A stretch of DNA of 63,424 bases, counting the filler, from Klebsormidium nitens (Eukaryota > Plantae > Klebsormidiophyceae), in assembly GCA_000708835.1 (NCBI GenBank). It is 5 parts of 5 records of this genome, joined end to end, with 100 filler letters (N's around TTAATTAATTAA, not from the genome) between each part and the next. Parts side by side here need not be neighbours in the genome. Positions count along the whole stretch, not along the records: positions 1 to 31,191 come from DF237762.1; 4 more parts are not named here. The stretch is one strand, 5' to 3'. Shown here one piece after another: positions 12,401 through 24,525 of the stretch. Below the pieces are notes generated by a model. The model saw only the letters and a list, made by a program, of their open reading frames with translations, made no database searches and had not been told where the DNA came from. A program made the translations under genes and the position numbers. Position 1 is the first letter of the stretch; every line of letters starts with the position of its first letter.

Positions 12401-14480
12401 ATCAGGAGGACAGGTTTGAACGGTCAATCTATTCAAGTCCGATCAGACGGTTACCACCGTGCTACCCCGTTTGAAGCGGGAAAAAGACACCTTTTTAGAA
12501 GCTCGAAAGCAGGTCCATAAAAGAGATAACACTGAGCGCCCATATGTTTCCACTCACCCATACGACGGAAGGACGAGAGCGGCAGGAGCAGCCCCACAAC
12601 GATCACGCTGACCACGAACTTGCGCGACGTGTACCAGACGTGCCGGTCCCCAAACCACTCGTCGATCAGTCCGGTGTGCAGCCCATCGTGCGACCCGCAT
12701 AACACGTCCCCTGCAAAGCCATTGAATGGTTCTCTAAGTATTCCGTTCTTCATTGAGCAGCCTCGTTGGTTGCGTACCAGGTTAAGCACTCGTCGGAGGT
12801 GAGGTGGCCAGAGACGAAACGGCAAATTTTGAGAATCATCTGATCAGTAACATATGAGGGGTGAATCAATGGGTTTGAAAGGACTTTCAAGAGACAGTCT
12901 GAAAGGTCCAATGATTAAGGGAAGTGGGCAGCACCGAGCTCGAGATGAATTCGTTTCTTAGCAGTTGAGTTACAAGATAAGCTTGGCCTTTGTGAAAGAC
13001 CTGGGACGACGATGCGCCATCTATGGAGCAACTCGACCATTCAACGGCAAAGAACGGATGTCCAAGATTCGTTATCATTCACACAATCCAGGGTCTCTGA
13101 AACTTTCTGCATCTCTTTAGAAGACAAGGCCAACGAGCTGGTGGCTCCTACCTGTGATAATAAGGTACGCAATGAGGAGCCCAAAATTGTTGATGACTAT
13201 CGCAAAGCGGAGTAGGTTTCTGCCCCCGTTTCCGAGCGCGCTGTAGACGAGGTTCGAGTAGGTGTACTGCCGGCTGACTTCCATGCACCGGAGCATGCCC
13301 CGTAGACTTGACCGCGTCAGGATGGTGATTCCGAAAAGGGCAAGTGTCCCCATCAGAATGCCCTGCAGATTAAAAAAGAATCAAGTCATACCTTCTTAAG
13401 TCACACCTTTTAGGTCAAGAGTTCTGTCCTAGTTAAGGGTCTGGTCATAAAGTTCGGCATACAGTCACAAAAGTTCCTGACTGAGACCAGTAAACAAGTA
13501 GAGAATTTGTGCATACTTGTCAAAATGTGTGACACGCCCTGCAAAGAAGGAAGGGCGCTCAGAAGATATACAACCTGGCGCGGATTGCTGGGCACAGAAA
13601 GTCCTCAGCTTGACGATTGTGATGAGATCGGGGGGGTGGAGATACTTGACTTGCACGACACAGTGTAGAATATTTCTAAAGAGTGCTCGCAGTGTGCTTT
13701 GATGAAAGTCTTCCTTATTATGGCCGACAAAAGGTTATCCACCTGTTAACAGGAAAGTGCACGTACTAGAAAACGAGCCCCACAGACAAAGCTCAGGTAT
13801 GGTCCATCTGAAGACTCCGGAACATGGCCCAAAAAGGACCTTGCTCAATTACATGAGGCGCTCTGCATCTATCCTTCATGCTAATGTGGATTGGGGGTGA
13901 ACCTCCAACAAAAGGGTGAAGTTTTGTGAAAGCAATATCTAGAAGCCCTTGAGCTTTTACACCCCACACATTTGACCTTGTCGGAGTGGTACAGGTTGTA
14001 GCATATTTAAGGGCTCTTAATAAGGAGCCCGCTGTGATTGCTCTTCAGGAACTGCTGCAACGAGATTTTATTCTCCAAGCCTCCTAGCACTCAACATTCA
14101 ACAGGGCACACAACCACTGGGCCGACCTCGCTCAGCAGCATCGCTCTCGCACAGAAAGTCAGATCATGCGAAACTTCTGAACACAGAAGTGGAATCGAAG
14201 CCTCCACCTCGCAGCCCCAGCACAGTTGCTACCACCACAAAATGCAAAGCGCACTGACCATGGTCTTCATAGCGTAGGGCAGCGCCATTATACCGGCGCC
14301 GAGCATCGTGTTCGTCATGTTGAATGAGGCGCTCTTGATGGATGCAGTGCCCCCCCATGACTCGTTTGCCGGCCGTGTTTCAGACGCTGCGTCTTCACTT
14401 TCTGGCTCTCTGACTACGATTGTGGTCGCCTCCGCATTCTGGGGGAGGAGCGGCGCACGAGCGTCAGAAGTGGTCGCCAT
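9460..14480 (-). CDS. Amino acid transporter, AAAP/Aa_trans family (AVT6 / SLC38-like), 462 aa, 5 exons
   Basis: Exons 14480-14259, 13362-13152, 12710-12558, 10924-10730, 10067-9460 total 1389 nt with all phases compatible. Motifs SASFNMTNTMLGAGIMALPYAMK, NNFGLLIAYLII, LLLPLS, AFICHYNVFPIY, FGDATSTDILQNF, LTFPLI, FTGSTAAVIIGFILPG. Confidence 0.93.
11001..12160 (-). repeat. Intronic tandem array of ~9 degenerate copies of the intron-3 acceptor plus the first ~75 nt of exon 4 (period ~145-165 bp)
   Basis: Copies of AG|ATGCGCTxAGCTTTACGAGCGC... have acceptors at 11083-4, 11245-6, 11391-2, 11553-4 and 11792-3 (mutated to GG). Further remnants lie near 11630, 11870, 11970 and 12100. The functional acceptor is at 10925-6. 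Confidence 0.9.
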
Positions 14481-15783
14481 ATTGTTGGAAGTGGGTCTAC
14501 GGCTGCGACCAGCAATCTCCCACGAATGTGATGAGGGCGACTTCAATGTTCAAGTTCAAGGAACGCAATGCCATGAGCCAGTGATCTTGAAATGGATTGC
14601 CTTGCGTTGCCCTTTGAAGCTAGGTTTTATCAAATATTCACAATATATATCTTGCTCTAATGTAGACATATTCCAGAGCAACTACGGGAGCCGTAGGGTA
14701 ATACGCGGGCATGATTGACGCCCGTATCTGGTGGTAACGGTAAGAACGGTAAGTCTTATATGGTCTTACCTTTCCTTTAATATCCGCAAAAACTAACGCT
14801 AAGAAGGTTAAAGACCGGCAGGAAGCGATTGGGAAGCGTCTGAAAACAGTGTTGTAAGGGCTCGTATTGGCTGTCAGTCGGAGTATACGAGGACGTGCGA
14901 CTGGTGGTGTGACTGGACGAGTTCGCCACCCTGTCAGTCACCTGACTTCCAGCATTGGCAGAAACTGAGAAGGCCATGTTCGAGGCATCAAGGAATCAGG
15001 ATGGCATTCCATGGAAAAGGCAAACTTTAAGAATCTCTTTTAGGTAGCGGTCGAGGGTTTCAAAGGACGCCTATCTGATAGGTTTGGCATCCGTGGCGCC
15101 TGCTCTTGCTGTTGTCAGGCGGGGCTCTTTGACAGACAGTGGCGGGCTTGCGAAAGGCGCATCAAATTCAAACCAGCGGTCTCATGCCCTGAGATTCCTT
15201 TAAAAATCTTCTGAGTATTCACCGAGGTAGCCATTGGGGTTCAAAGAAGAAGTGTTCATTCATATTCTGACATTGTTCAGGTAAGGGTCTAACTTTCTGC
15301 TTCAATCAGGGCCGCGCCATTGCGTTTTTGTTCAGTAGATTTTTTTCGAAAAGAAGGCAGGAGTTTTAATCGTCGCTGAGCATTAGTAACCATTGGTGAG
15401 GAGTTAGCAGATTAGGGATTCTTCCAAAGATCTAGCAAAGCGGGAGTGCTAAGCACCCTGGAGCCCTAGAACCAGTTCAGTAAGCAAAGGTCTTGTCTTT
15501 GCTTTGTTCAATTTCAGGATGATTGGCGCCCTGCCATCATGTTCGATGCACTGATTGCACTTTTTCGCCCGGACTTTGTTGCAGCAGTCTTATTATTGGT
15601 GATCTCCGTGGTTATATTTGGAGAAGCGTCCTGACTCACTTCCCTCCTCCCGTCAGTGTTGTGCGTCTTCTCTACAGGATTGCTCCAATGAACCTGTTAA
15701 AAAAGGGCTGAGTTTTCTGTTGATTTCTATGCTGGTTTGCTAAAGGGGCCTCTTTTGCTTGCATCACTTATTGCTGGTTTCGC

Positions 15784-15825
15784 CCTCTGTATCACTTGTC
15801 TAGGCCTCTGTATCACTTGTCTAGG
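15784..15825. repeat. 21-bp perfect tandem duplication
   Basis: CCTCTGTATCACTTGTCTAGG x2. Confidence 0.9.
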
Positions 15826-16319
15826 AAAGGCACTCCGCAGGCCAATGACCACACTTTTAGAACAGAGCGCACGTCCAGGTCAGAAAGTGTAGAGAACTCT
15901 TTCAATTCAGTCTCATTTGATACATGAAGTGACTGCTGGCTGATCTATGTCCCCCTCTTCTTCCCCCAGGACAGTTAAAGCAACGGCAAGGCTAGGGCTT
16001 AGCGGAGGGGTCTGGCTCGCGGTGCAAAGCACGTCAGAACCTCTTCCCTTCTTAAGCAGTCCCCAAACGAGGTGCAAACGTGTTTCTTCGAACCTAGCTT
16101 TAAGTTGCTCTTGGCTAGGCTGGGGTGACGACCAGTCAACATCGAAGGGTGATTTCAGGGGATTGGAAGGTGGCGCCTGGATTTAACCCCAGGTTAGCCG
16201 GCTCCGCCACGCCCAAGCCTTGCTGATTGACTGGCAACTCGACCTTTCAATTCAACAAGGTGACAACCGCCTTGCAAGAGTTGCGATTGAAATCGGAGCA
16301 ACTTTCGGATCGCGCCGGG

Positions 16320-18605
16320 ATGCCGACCCCGGCGATCGATTTCGATGAGGCGCGGAAGCGGGAACGGCGGAGGAGCCCCCCCTGGGTGAAAGCGGCCTCG
16401 GGGTCCCTAGGGGGGGTAGTCGAGGCCGCTTGCTTACAACCGATTGACGTCATCAAGACCCGGTTGCAGCTCGATCGGGCAGGCAAATACACGGGGATCT
16501 GGCAGTGCGGGTCGACGATAGTCAAGGAGGAGGGGGCCAGGGCGCTCTGGAAGGGGCTAACCCCGTTTGCGACGCACTTAACCCTGAAATATGCGCTCAG
16601 AATGGGGACGAATGCGGTGTTTTCGGCGGCGTTGCGGGACGTGGAAACGGGGGAGTTGTCGAGCGCGCGGCGGATGGCGGCGGGGTTCGGGGCGGGGGTC
16701 ACGGAGGCGTTGGTTATCGTGACCCCGTTCGAGGTGGTTAAGATCCGGTTACAGCAGCAGCAGGGGTTAACGAAGGAGTTATTGCGGTATAAGGGGCCGG
16801 TGCACGGCGCGGTGACGATCGTGAAAGAGGAGGGCCTGCGGGGGCTTTGGAGCGGGGCTACGCCGACTGTCATGCGCAACGGAACGAACCAGGCGGTTAT
16901 GTTTGCAGCTAAGGCCGCCATTGATAAAGTGAGTCCTGGCCCCCTTAAGTAAACCTGCGGCTGGGTTGTTCATAGATGTAAAACCGGCCATCGGGGGTGA
17001 CGCTCTGGATTACGGCCGTTTCGTAGCCCTTCAAACAAATTTGCGGCTTCTTCCGTTAGTTTTGGAGCTAGGCATGGCCGTTGGTGTTATCTTAGCCGTT
17101 GCTCAATTGATTTGCGGCTGATGTCGGACTTGAATTGATGTGTAACACGGATTAAAAGGCGCAATTCTGTGTTGCGAGAAGGAAGCACTGCCTGGAGCTT
17201 TATAAATTCCTCCAATTTCCTTCCCTCAACGTCTTCTTTTCCCCCCATTCCTTCCCTCAACTTTCCTTTTCCCAGTTCTCGGAATGGGGTCTTTCCTGTT
17301 CTGTGACGAACTGCGGATGTTTGTTTTTCGTCAGATTCGGCTTGCCTTTGCTGCAAGGCTCGGTTGAGACGAAGCAGCAGCTCTTTCAGCTGTTGAAAGA
17401 GCAGTGGAAATACTTTCCGCTCCTTTCCGATTATTTTTGGATACATTCAGGAGCTTGTGTGTTGTGTCAACCATTCGACTTGACCTGACTCTCCTGAAGA
17501 AGACCCATTTGTCTGACATTCTCTCGGTGTTTCCTCATAGACCCTTCGTAGAAACGTTCTTCGTTCACCCTTGGCTTCGAAAGCTTCTTGCTCAAAGTGT
17601 GACCGATCTGAGTCTCTATCGGTTTCGCTCCTGAAAATATTGCCTGGTGATCTTTGTTTTGTGTGCTCTGTCTTCATTGGCAGATTCCGCGCCGATCCGG
17701 CCTTTGTCCTAAGGAATCCGTTTCTGTTCATCTAACTTCGCTCCTCACCCTTGTTATCATTTGCCGTCGACCCAGGTCCTCTCTTATCTCATTCATCCCA
17801 ACAGCCGCTTTTCTAGATTGCCTGACGTATCGAAGTCCTCTAATCCACCTGATGTATCGAAGTCCACAACTCTGCCAGCTTTTCCTGTCTTGACTTTGCG
17901 CTTCCCAACACCTAGTGAAGTCCCTCACTTTCTGGTCTGTTTTTCCCAACTCGTCTGAGCCAGGTGATTATCCTTCTTTTCTCATCCCCCGCCCCACTTT
18001 CCCATGCTTTATGCATTCTTCAAATGTGAGGGCAACGGCCAAATACCCAACGTTCATACCGTCCCAGCTCTCACTTCCTTTCTCCCACTCTAGACCACCT
18101 AATCTACTCTGCCTAATCCTTCCACCCTGCTATATGCATAAACGGGAGGGCGACGATGCAAGATAATTCCGTAGTTCGCACCCTTTCTCCTGACCTTTCT
18201 TTGACCTTTTCTTTCTTCTCTTGACATAAACTTGAACCTTAAGCCTTTCCGTTTCCTGTCGCCGTGCAGTACGCATTCGATAAAAGGGAGGGCGACGGAC
18301 AGATCCTTGCCCCCTGGCAGTCCATGACTGCCGGCTTTCTCGCCGGGGTGGCCGGTCCTATTGCAACCGGGCCCTTCGACGTGGTGAAAACGCGGCTAAT
18401 GGCACAGGAACACGTGCCCGGGGTAGAGCCCCGGTACCGGGGCCTCTTCCACGCGATCGGAAAGATCGCGAGCGAGGAGGGCGTGTTGGCGCTCTGGCGG
18501 GGGCTGCTCCCCCGGTTGATGAGAATACCCCCCGGGCAGGCGATCATGTGGGCGGTCGCCGATCAGCTGACGGGGATGTACGAGAAGCGGCACATCGAGG
18601 ACTGA
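16320..18605 (+). CDS. SFC1: Mitochondrial carrier, succinate/fumarate transporter (SLC25 family), 2 exons
   Basis: Exons 16320-16928 and 18270-18605, phase 0. Three PxDxxKxR signature motifs (QPIDVIKTRLQ, TPFEVVKIRLQ, GPFDVVKTRLM). ALWKGLTPFATHLTLKYALRMG and REGDGQILAPWQSMTAGFLAG match plant SFC1 as recalled. The ATG choice is inferred. Confidence 0.9.
18010..18155 (+). repeat. Two decayed intronic copies of the start of SFC1 exon 2
   Basis: 18010-18048 reads YAFFKCEGNGQIP versus the functional YAFDKREGDGQIL at 18270. 18133-18155 TATGCAT-----AAACGGGAGGGCGACG is a copy with a 5-nt deletion. Confidence 0.75.
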
Positions 18606-19807
18606 GTTTGTGTGTGCACGCCTGTCGTAGCTTGCGTTTGTCGGAAGTGCCTGTTGATTAGTCCGATTTTATTTTGGCGGTTGATAAATGGTGTACCGAG
18701 TACTGACTCTGGACCCTCGTTCTGGAGGGAAAAGCTGGTTGACATAACATTTGCTTCTGAGCAGGTTGGGCTGGTTAGTTGTAAAGCAGCGGTTGTGTAG
18801 ACTAACAGTTTGGGATGGCTCTGAAGGTCCATCCAGTCCCAAGATGACGTGTCGAATTCAAATACTACCTGTCTAGTCATCTGGAAGTCATGCCGTTTTT
18901 CCGGTGGCCGGATCAGAACCGTCGCTGATGTGACCACATGTCGCGAGCCTACATGTTGGTAGGCGTGAGTCATTGACGCGGTCGCACCTGCTCAACCCTC
19001 AGGATTTTGCAACCGTCTGTTTGGCAGGTCCATACATGTGACGTACGAAAATGATATAGGACCAAACAAACCAAAAAATAATATCATTGCAAAGTCGTCC
19101 GGATATCAGCTTTGAGGTTTTAGATTACTCTTTAGGTAAATCATTGCGGATGCACGACGGTCGGCCGCGGAATCTCCGAGTCAAGTTCCACATGACCGTC
19201 GGCTAACCGTCGCCAGTTTTCAAGGCAGATTCGGTATATATATTTGCTGATCCAAGTCAGCCTTTGATCTAGCTTGAAGGTCGTTCAATCATATTGCCCA
19301 AGAAGCTGAAATTACAGTCATTGTCGGAAGCGTTTCGTTGGCATGGAGGCCTAATTCTAATCATGTTAAGCTATAGACTGCAGAGCTTAGTAGACTGATC
19401 GAGACGTTGGGATTGCGGCTGTCTGATCACGACGAAATATATGGTTAAATCCGTAATTTTGCAAATCATATCGTTTTAATGCTAGCGCTGTCCTCATATA
19501 CTAACTTTGAAAAGGCAAAAATACATGCGGCATGAATGATCGACTGAGTGAGGACTTCATCATTATACGAAAATTGGCGGTAACACAGTATCGAGGTAAC
19601 ACTTATCCTTATCTTATTCAATTATGATCATACTTATCTTTACCCCCAAAAAGCCTCATGATAAGACTGAGGAAACCAATGTCAATCTGTTCCGTGTTCA
19701 GAATCCTATCTTTCAATACTCGGCTATCTCGGCTATCTACATAAATCGACCTACAATTATGTACATCTACATCTACATAATACAACTGGGTCGACATGCG
19801 CGTTTCC

Positions 19808-20659
19808 TTACAAATAGTACGGTCTCCCATGGGGGTCCAAACCGAACTCCCACCCTAGGGAGTCCCGATAGTATGCTCTCCCCTGGCTGTCCAAATAGCA
19901 TGGTCTCCCTTGGGTTTCGAAAAAGTGCACTCTTTCTTCGGGGTCCACATAATATACTCTTCCTTGGCGGTCCATATAGAAATCATAGGTTCTAAACCCT
20001 TGGGGGTCCAGATAGTACGGTCTCCCTTGGTGGTCTAAAAAGTACTCTCTCCCCTGCGGGGTCAAATAGCACCTTCTCCCCTGATAATCCAAGAAGTACC
20101 TTCTCCCTTGGGAGTCAAAATAGTACCTTCTCCCTTGGGGGTCGAAATGAGGGGTCGCGGGGGTCGCACGAGGGGGGCGCAGAACATGGCCCAAAGTGTC
20201 CGCCACCTGCCCCCAGGGGATGTCGCCTAGCGCGGGCCCGAGCTGGGTCTCCGGGGGGAAAGAGTCCTGCGGGGCGAGATACTGGTTGCCCCCCTGGTCC
20301 GAATAGTCAGGACAGTACACTGTCGCCGGCGGAGGCGGGCAGTACCCTGTGCTAAGGGGTTCAGGACAGTACTGTGCCCCTTGGGGAACAGAACAGCTGT
20401 ACGCTGTGTCTTGAGGGACAATGACCGTCGCTCCACCGTACCCCGGACTGTTTGCTCCAGGACAAAAGCTGGCATCCGCAGTGTCTGCCCCGACTCCAAC
20501 AACGTCCGCCGCAGCGACAACAATGTCTGCCCCGTCTATAGCCAAGCTTGCGACATCAAGAGTCGCGATAGAGACGCACACTCCTGCTGCCCGAGCTAAA
20601 GGTGCTGGAACGCCACAGGCTGTGAGGAAAATGCGGGTCACGCAGCCGGCCATCTTCAC
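19808..20659 (-). CDS. Hypothetical protein (probably a terminal exon) with a hydrophobic Ala/Val-rich segment, Pro/Tyr/Cys linker and ~11 x 10-aa DxQGRxYY repeats
   Basis: 283-codon open frame that stays in frame through a 30-bp repeat array. A plausible acceptor (CCAG|) precedes 20660. Upstream exons are unresolved; a candidate with a GTGAG donor lies at ~21600-21860. Confidence 0.65.
   Translation of the reverse strand: MKMAGCVTRIFLTACGVPAPLARAAGVCVSIATLDVASLAIDGADIVVAAADVVGVGADTADASFCPGANSPGYGGATVIVPQDTAYSCSVPQGAQYCPEPLSTGYCPPPPATVYCPDYSDQGGNQYLAPQDSFPPETQLGPALGDIPWGQVADTLGHVLRPPRATPATPHFDPQGRRYYFDSQGRRYFLDYQGRRCYLTPQGREYFLDHQGRPYYLDPQGFRTYDFYMDRQGRVYYVDPEERVHFFETQGRPCYLDSQGRAYYRDSLGWEFGLDPHGRPYYL
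19815..20150 (-). repeat. Coding minisatellite, ~30-bp unit
   Basis: Plus-strand units resemble AAATAGTACxxTCTCCCTTGGGGGTC and encode DPQGRRYYF-like repeats on the minus strand. Confidence 0.85.
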
Positions 20660-22942
20660 ACTGGGTACTAAGCAGTACTAGATAGCTCGTTGGACTCTTT
20701 GCCGAATCTGCAGGATTGAAGGGGAGAACAAGTTTGAGAAAAGCCCTGACTGAAACCCGTCAACAGAAAACGTTTTTGTTGTTCAGCCTGTTCACCGGAG
20801 ATTTACAAGCCTTGTTTTCTGGACAATCATGAGGACCTGGTTGTTGCTTGACTCAGAAACCTGCATCTCAAATCCTGCATGCAATAGTTGAACCCTGTTT
20901 TCGAATCCCCTCTCACTATCATCCTTGAATTCAATGCACCATCGTGTAGACTTCTAGGTCCAGACGCGCTGGCACTGAAGAGGTAGCTTGACCATCAGAG
21001 CTTTTCACTGAGCACAAAGAAGCTGGAGAACCAGCCAGCACTGTAGGGCCATATTACGTGGAAGATAGACTTTCCTATGCTTTACTTCCTCTCCCCAGAA
21101 AAGGACACCAGGCACCCATTTACAGCGTCAATAGCTGATAGGTGCATGAATTGGGCTAGGCTCACTTCCCGCTCACTTACTAAGCCTGGCTGAGCTAAGA
21201 CTGGCGTAAAGACCATTCGATACTTTATTTTTTTGAACAAACGCACCACAAATTGTGCCAAAACTAATCCACGATCTTTCTTTGCAGGGTAAATGGAGGA
21301 GTTTTTGTTCAATAAGTGGATGCGCCCATATGTCTTTTCGACACCAATCATCAGCAGGGCCTATGTCAAGAATGCATGGCCAGCCCTTCAGAACGCATCA
21401 ATCCAGCCCCAGTTTACAGCAAGCCTCTGTGCCAAGGTGAGACAAGAGTAGCAGCAGCTTAGGAACAGCTGCCAGTCTAGTGAGCTTGGCCAGTCACGAC
21501 GGGCTCAGCTGCAACCGAGATGCTCTCGGAGATCTGACAGTACAACCCAGACAGACCCTGGTGATTCTTTCTATGCTGAGCTCAATGAGCACTCTCACCT
21601 CTCAGTAGGCGACGCACAGGTCTGCCATGCCGCTTGACAACGTCCCCAATTGCCGAGTCCGCCTCTTGGTAGCTGCCTGTTTCCGCGCTCTCGTTTCTCC
21701 GTGTGCTGCGGGCCTTGTGACTGGAGCGCGTCAAATGCTCGTTGGCTCCTGGCGCCAGTGTTAGGTACGGTTGCAGATGTTGAAATGTCGCTAGCTTTTG
21801 TTTCTCAGCTGATCCATGCCGCCTTCGCAGAACTTGCGGGGGGATCACACAAATTTGTGGCAAACCGGGTGTTAGCCTTAGGCTATTAGGGCCAGGTATA
21901 ATAAGCTAACCACCCGGGAACGGGTGGGGTTAGTTTGGGGGTTTAGGTGGGTACGGGTGCGGAGCAGGTGGTTTTAGGGTTACGTTTTCAGTGTTGGGCC
22001 TCGACTGTCGACATCCTGCGGGGGATCCCGCACAACCTAGCTGCTGCATTTGTGCGCGAGCAGACATGTGCATTACGCCCGGGCACCGAGGACAGTATCG
22101 GAGATCTCTAAGCCCGGTCGCTAAAAGAGTGATTGTTACCGGTTTAGGGAGGAGGAGGTAGGAGCGGGGCTCCCAGCAGCCGGGCGGAAAATGAGCCCCT
22201 AATACGGCCGGGGATCCGGCTCGGTGCTTTTGTGCGCGCAGCAGCCTGCCCTTCCTTGCCGCCAAAATGTTGATTGGACGGTTGAAGGAAGATTCTTGCG
22301 CATGCCAGCCTGGCATGCGCCTGGCTGAGCTCCCGCATCAGATGCGGTAGATGCGTAGACTACCGTAGTAGGTAATCCCTTGACCGCGACGGCTCAGCTT
22401 TTCGATACGATGCACATTGCAGTCGTTGCGTTCTCGAGGGGCGGGTTTTAGAAGCGTCGTACGTCGAACGGAGTGCCCGTATTCTCATGCCGATTATATC
22501 CGGTCCCACATCTTGCACTGCCACGTGATCATCGAGCAGTCGCAACCACACGTTGTGGGGTTTGGCGTTTGGCAATGACAGCGTCGCCCTAGCGTCGTCA
22601 ATTCTCCACACGTTTTCAACATTGAAAAGCAGTAAGGCGAAAAATGGCTTCCTTTGAAAGCCTTTTGCTAGATTATGAGCAAAGAAAGCGCTTGGTCAAG
22701 TTTCGGGGTTATTATGCAAGAAGTCGGACCGGTTATAAATGGCATGACATTGTGGAAGCTGTGATCGCGAGAAGCCTATGGCCACTTTGGCTACGGCGAG
22801 TACGAAAAGAGACCATCGCGGTTCGCGTACGCGTGAAGTGGAATACTGACATCCTCGAGGTTCGAGAGCTCTAGGAGCTAGTAGCTGTGCCGTCGGATAA
22901 AACTTGACGCCAACGCCGCAGCTTGCATGCAAGCATCCAAGC

Positions 22943-22969
22943 AGTACCGGTAGTACCGGTAGTACCGGT
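22943..22969. repeat. 9-bp tandem repeat x3
   Basis: AGTACCGGT x3. Confidence 0.85.
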
Positions 22970-24525
22970 GCCAGTGCTCATTCGTTTTGCGCCATCGTAC
23001 TTTCTGATACCCCGGGACAATGTTTTTGATGTTCACATGGGCCTAGCTGTCCACAGTCACAAGCCCGGTGATCGGGTAACGTATAGGTGTTAAAGTCTAC
23101 TAGGGATAGCCCGTAGGCTGTAGCCTTTCCGTAGCCTTAGGGGATTAGGGTCCGGCAACTCACGACGTTTCAGACGTTGTTATATATACATGAAATTTGA
23201 CTCGCTAGCATTGCATGCTCCGCTTTATCCTGTGTTCTCTTTCTCGAACACATTGGGCTTCTTCTTTAAGATCTGCTACTCGGATACCAACTCAGATTTA
23301 CAAAGAACGACTTGTATGATGGTATGATGTAATCAGAAGGCTTTACGCGATATACAAACAAATGTTGTGCTCCATTGGTAGCAAAGTGGAGCCGAAATCG
23401 ATGGAGCTAGAGACAAACGGCTCAGAAATCCATGCTAAACTCGATTGAAGTCAACTGCAATCCGAGTCAACTAAAGGCTGCAAGAAATAAGATTTTTTCT
23501 CCATGTCACAGTGTACGTGACAAGTTTCCTTGTTGTCAGGCTAAAGATTGAAAGATTCATGTACACATTGCACAACAGTAGGACTCCTTATGTATCTGCG
23601 CAAAAAAATTCCCCTTTTAATTTCCACCCCCCTTCCTTCTCATGACCGCATATTATCCCTCTCTCGAAGGCCTCCTCCTGTTCTTCGAGTCCCCCTCTCG
23701 ATCTATGTTCGTGACCATCTGCCCATTCACTCTTGATCCTTGCCTCTCCGTTTGCAGGCATTTGTTTTAATTCACTGAAACTCAGGTTTTGGATGCGAGC
23801 GTCAGAGACGTACCAGTCTCAACAGTGCAGAATGAAGACTCGGCGCGGATTGAGAATATAGACGTTGATCGTACCATCCGAGCATATGCACAGAGCCGCG
23901 GTCCGCGACATTTAGGTTGCTAGGTTGTCGGCTAGCTCAACGCGCTTGCCACAACTAGGATTGCATACCTATCATGGCCAATAAGATTGCAATGTAGGGC
24001 CAAGCGTCTTCGCCCTGATGCAGAAACGCCTCCGAAGTGCTTAAGCCTAACAGCATCCTGGAATTCTGACTGGTGTCACTGCTGCCGGGACAGACGTTGA
24101 CCGAATCAACATGCAAGAAACACGCAAGATTACTTTCGAAGAAAAAGGATAAAAAGCTCGTCTACGAAGAACTAAAATATCGAGAGCTCGTTCAAACGTG
24201 CATCGCTGTTCTAACCGCGGACGCCAGATACGCCGTGCCTCAAGCTAGCAAAAAATGCCAGAGTACAAGTCCTGTGTCAATTCTAATGTTCATTCTTGGC
24301 ACGCTGGCCGGGCGAGCACTCCAAAGCAGTACGTTAAAATTCCCATCATGCAACCAAGCAAACATCGACCTGATCCAGGCGATGGCATACGTGTATCAAC
24401 TCATCCTATCTGCCTTTCGTGCTGTTCGCAATGCAGATTTGTCCGACAAGGTTTCGGTCTTCTTCCGCGGCGTACTACAGCAAGGGAGGAGACGTTCAAA
24501 CTTCCAAGGCGTTGCCGAAGTGACG

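Noticed and set aside
16247-16921. 224-aa minus-strand ORF
   Set aside because: Antisense shadow of SFC1 exon 1 caused by high GC3.
19815-20150. 30-bp periodic repeats as a CRISPR-like array
   Set aside because: No unique spacers, the units are contiguous and in frame in a protein, there are no cas genes, and the context is eukaryotic.
21930-21990. TTTAGG/TTTTAGGG telomere-like words
   Set aside because: Isolated occurrences, not a tandem array.
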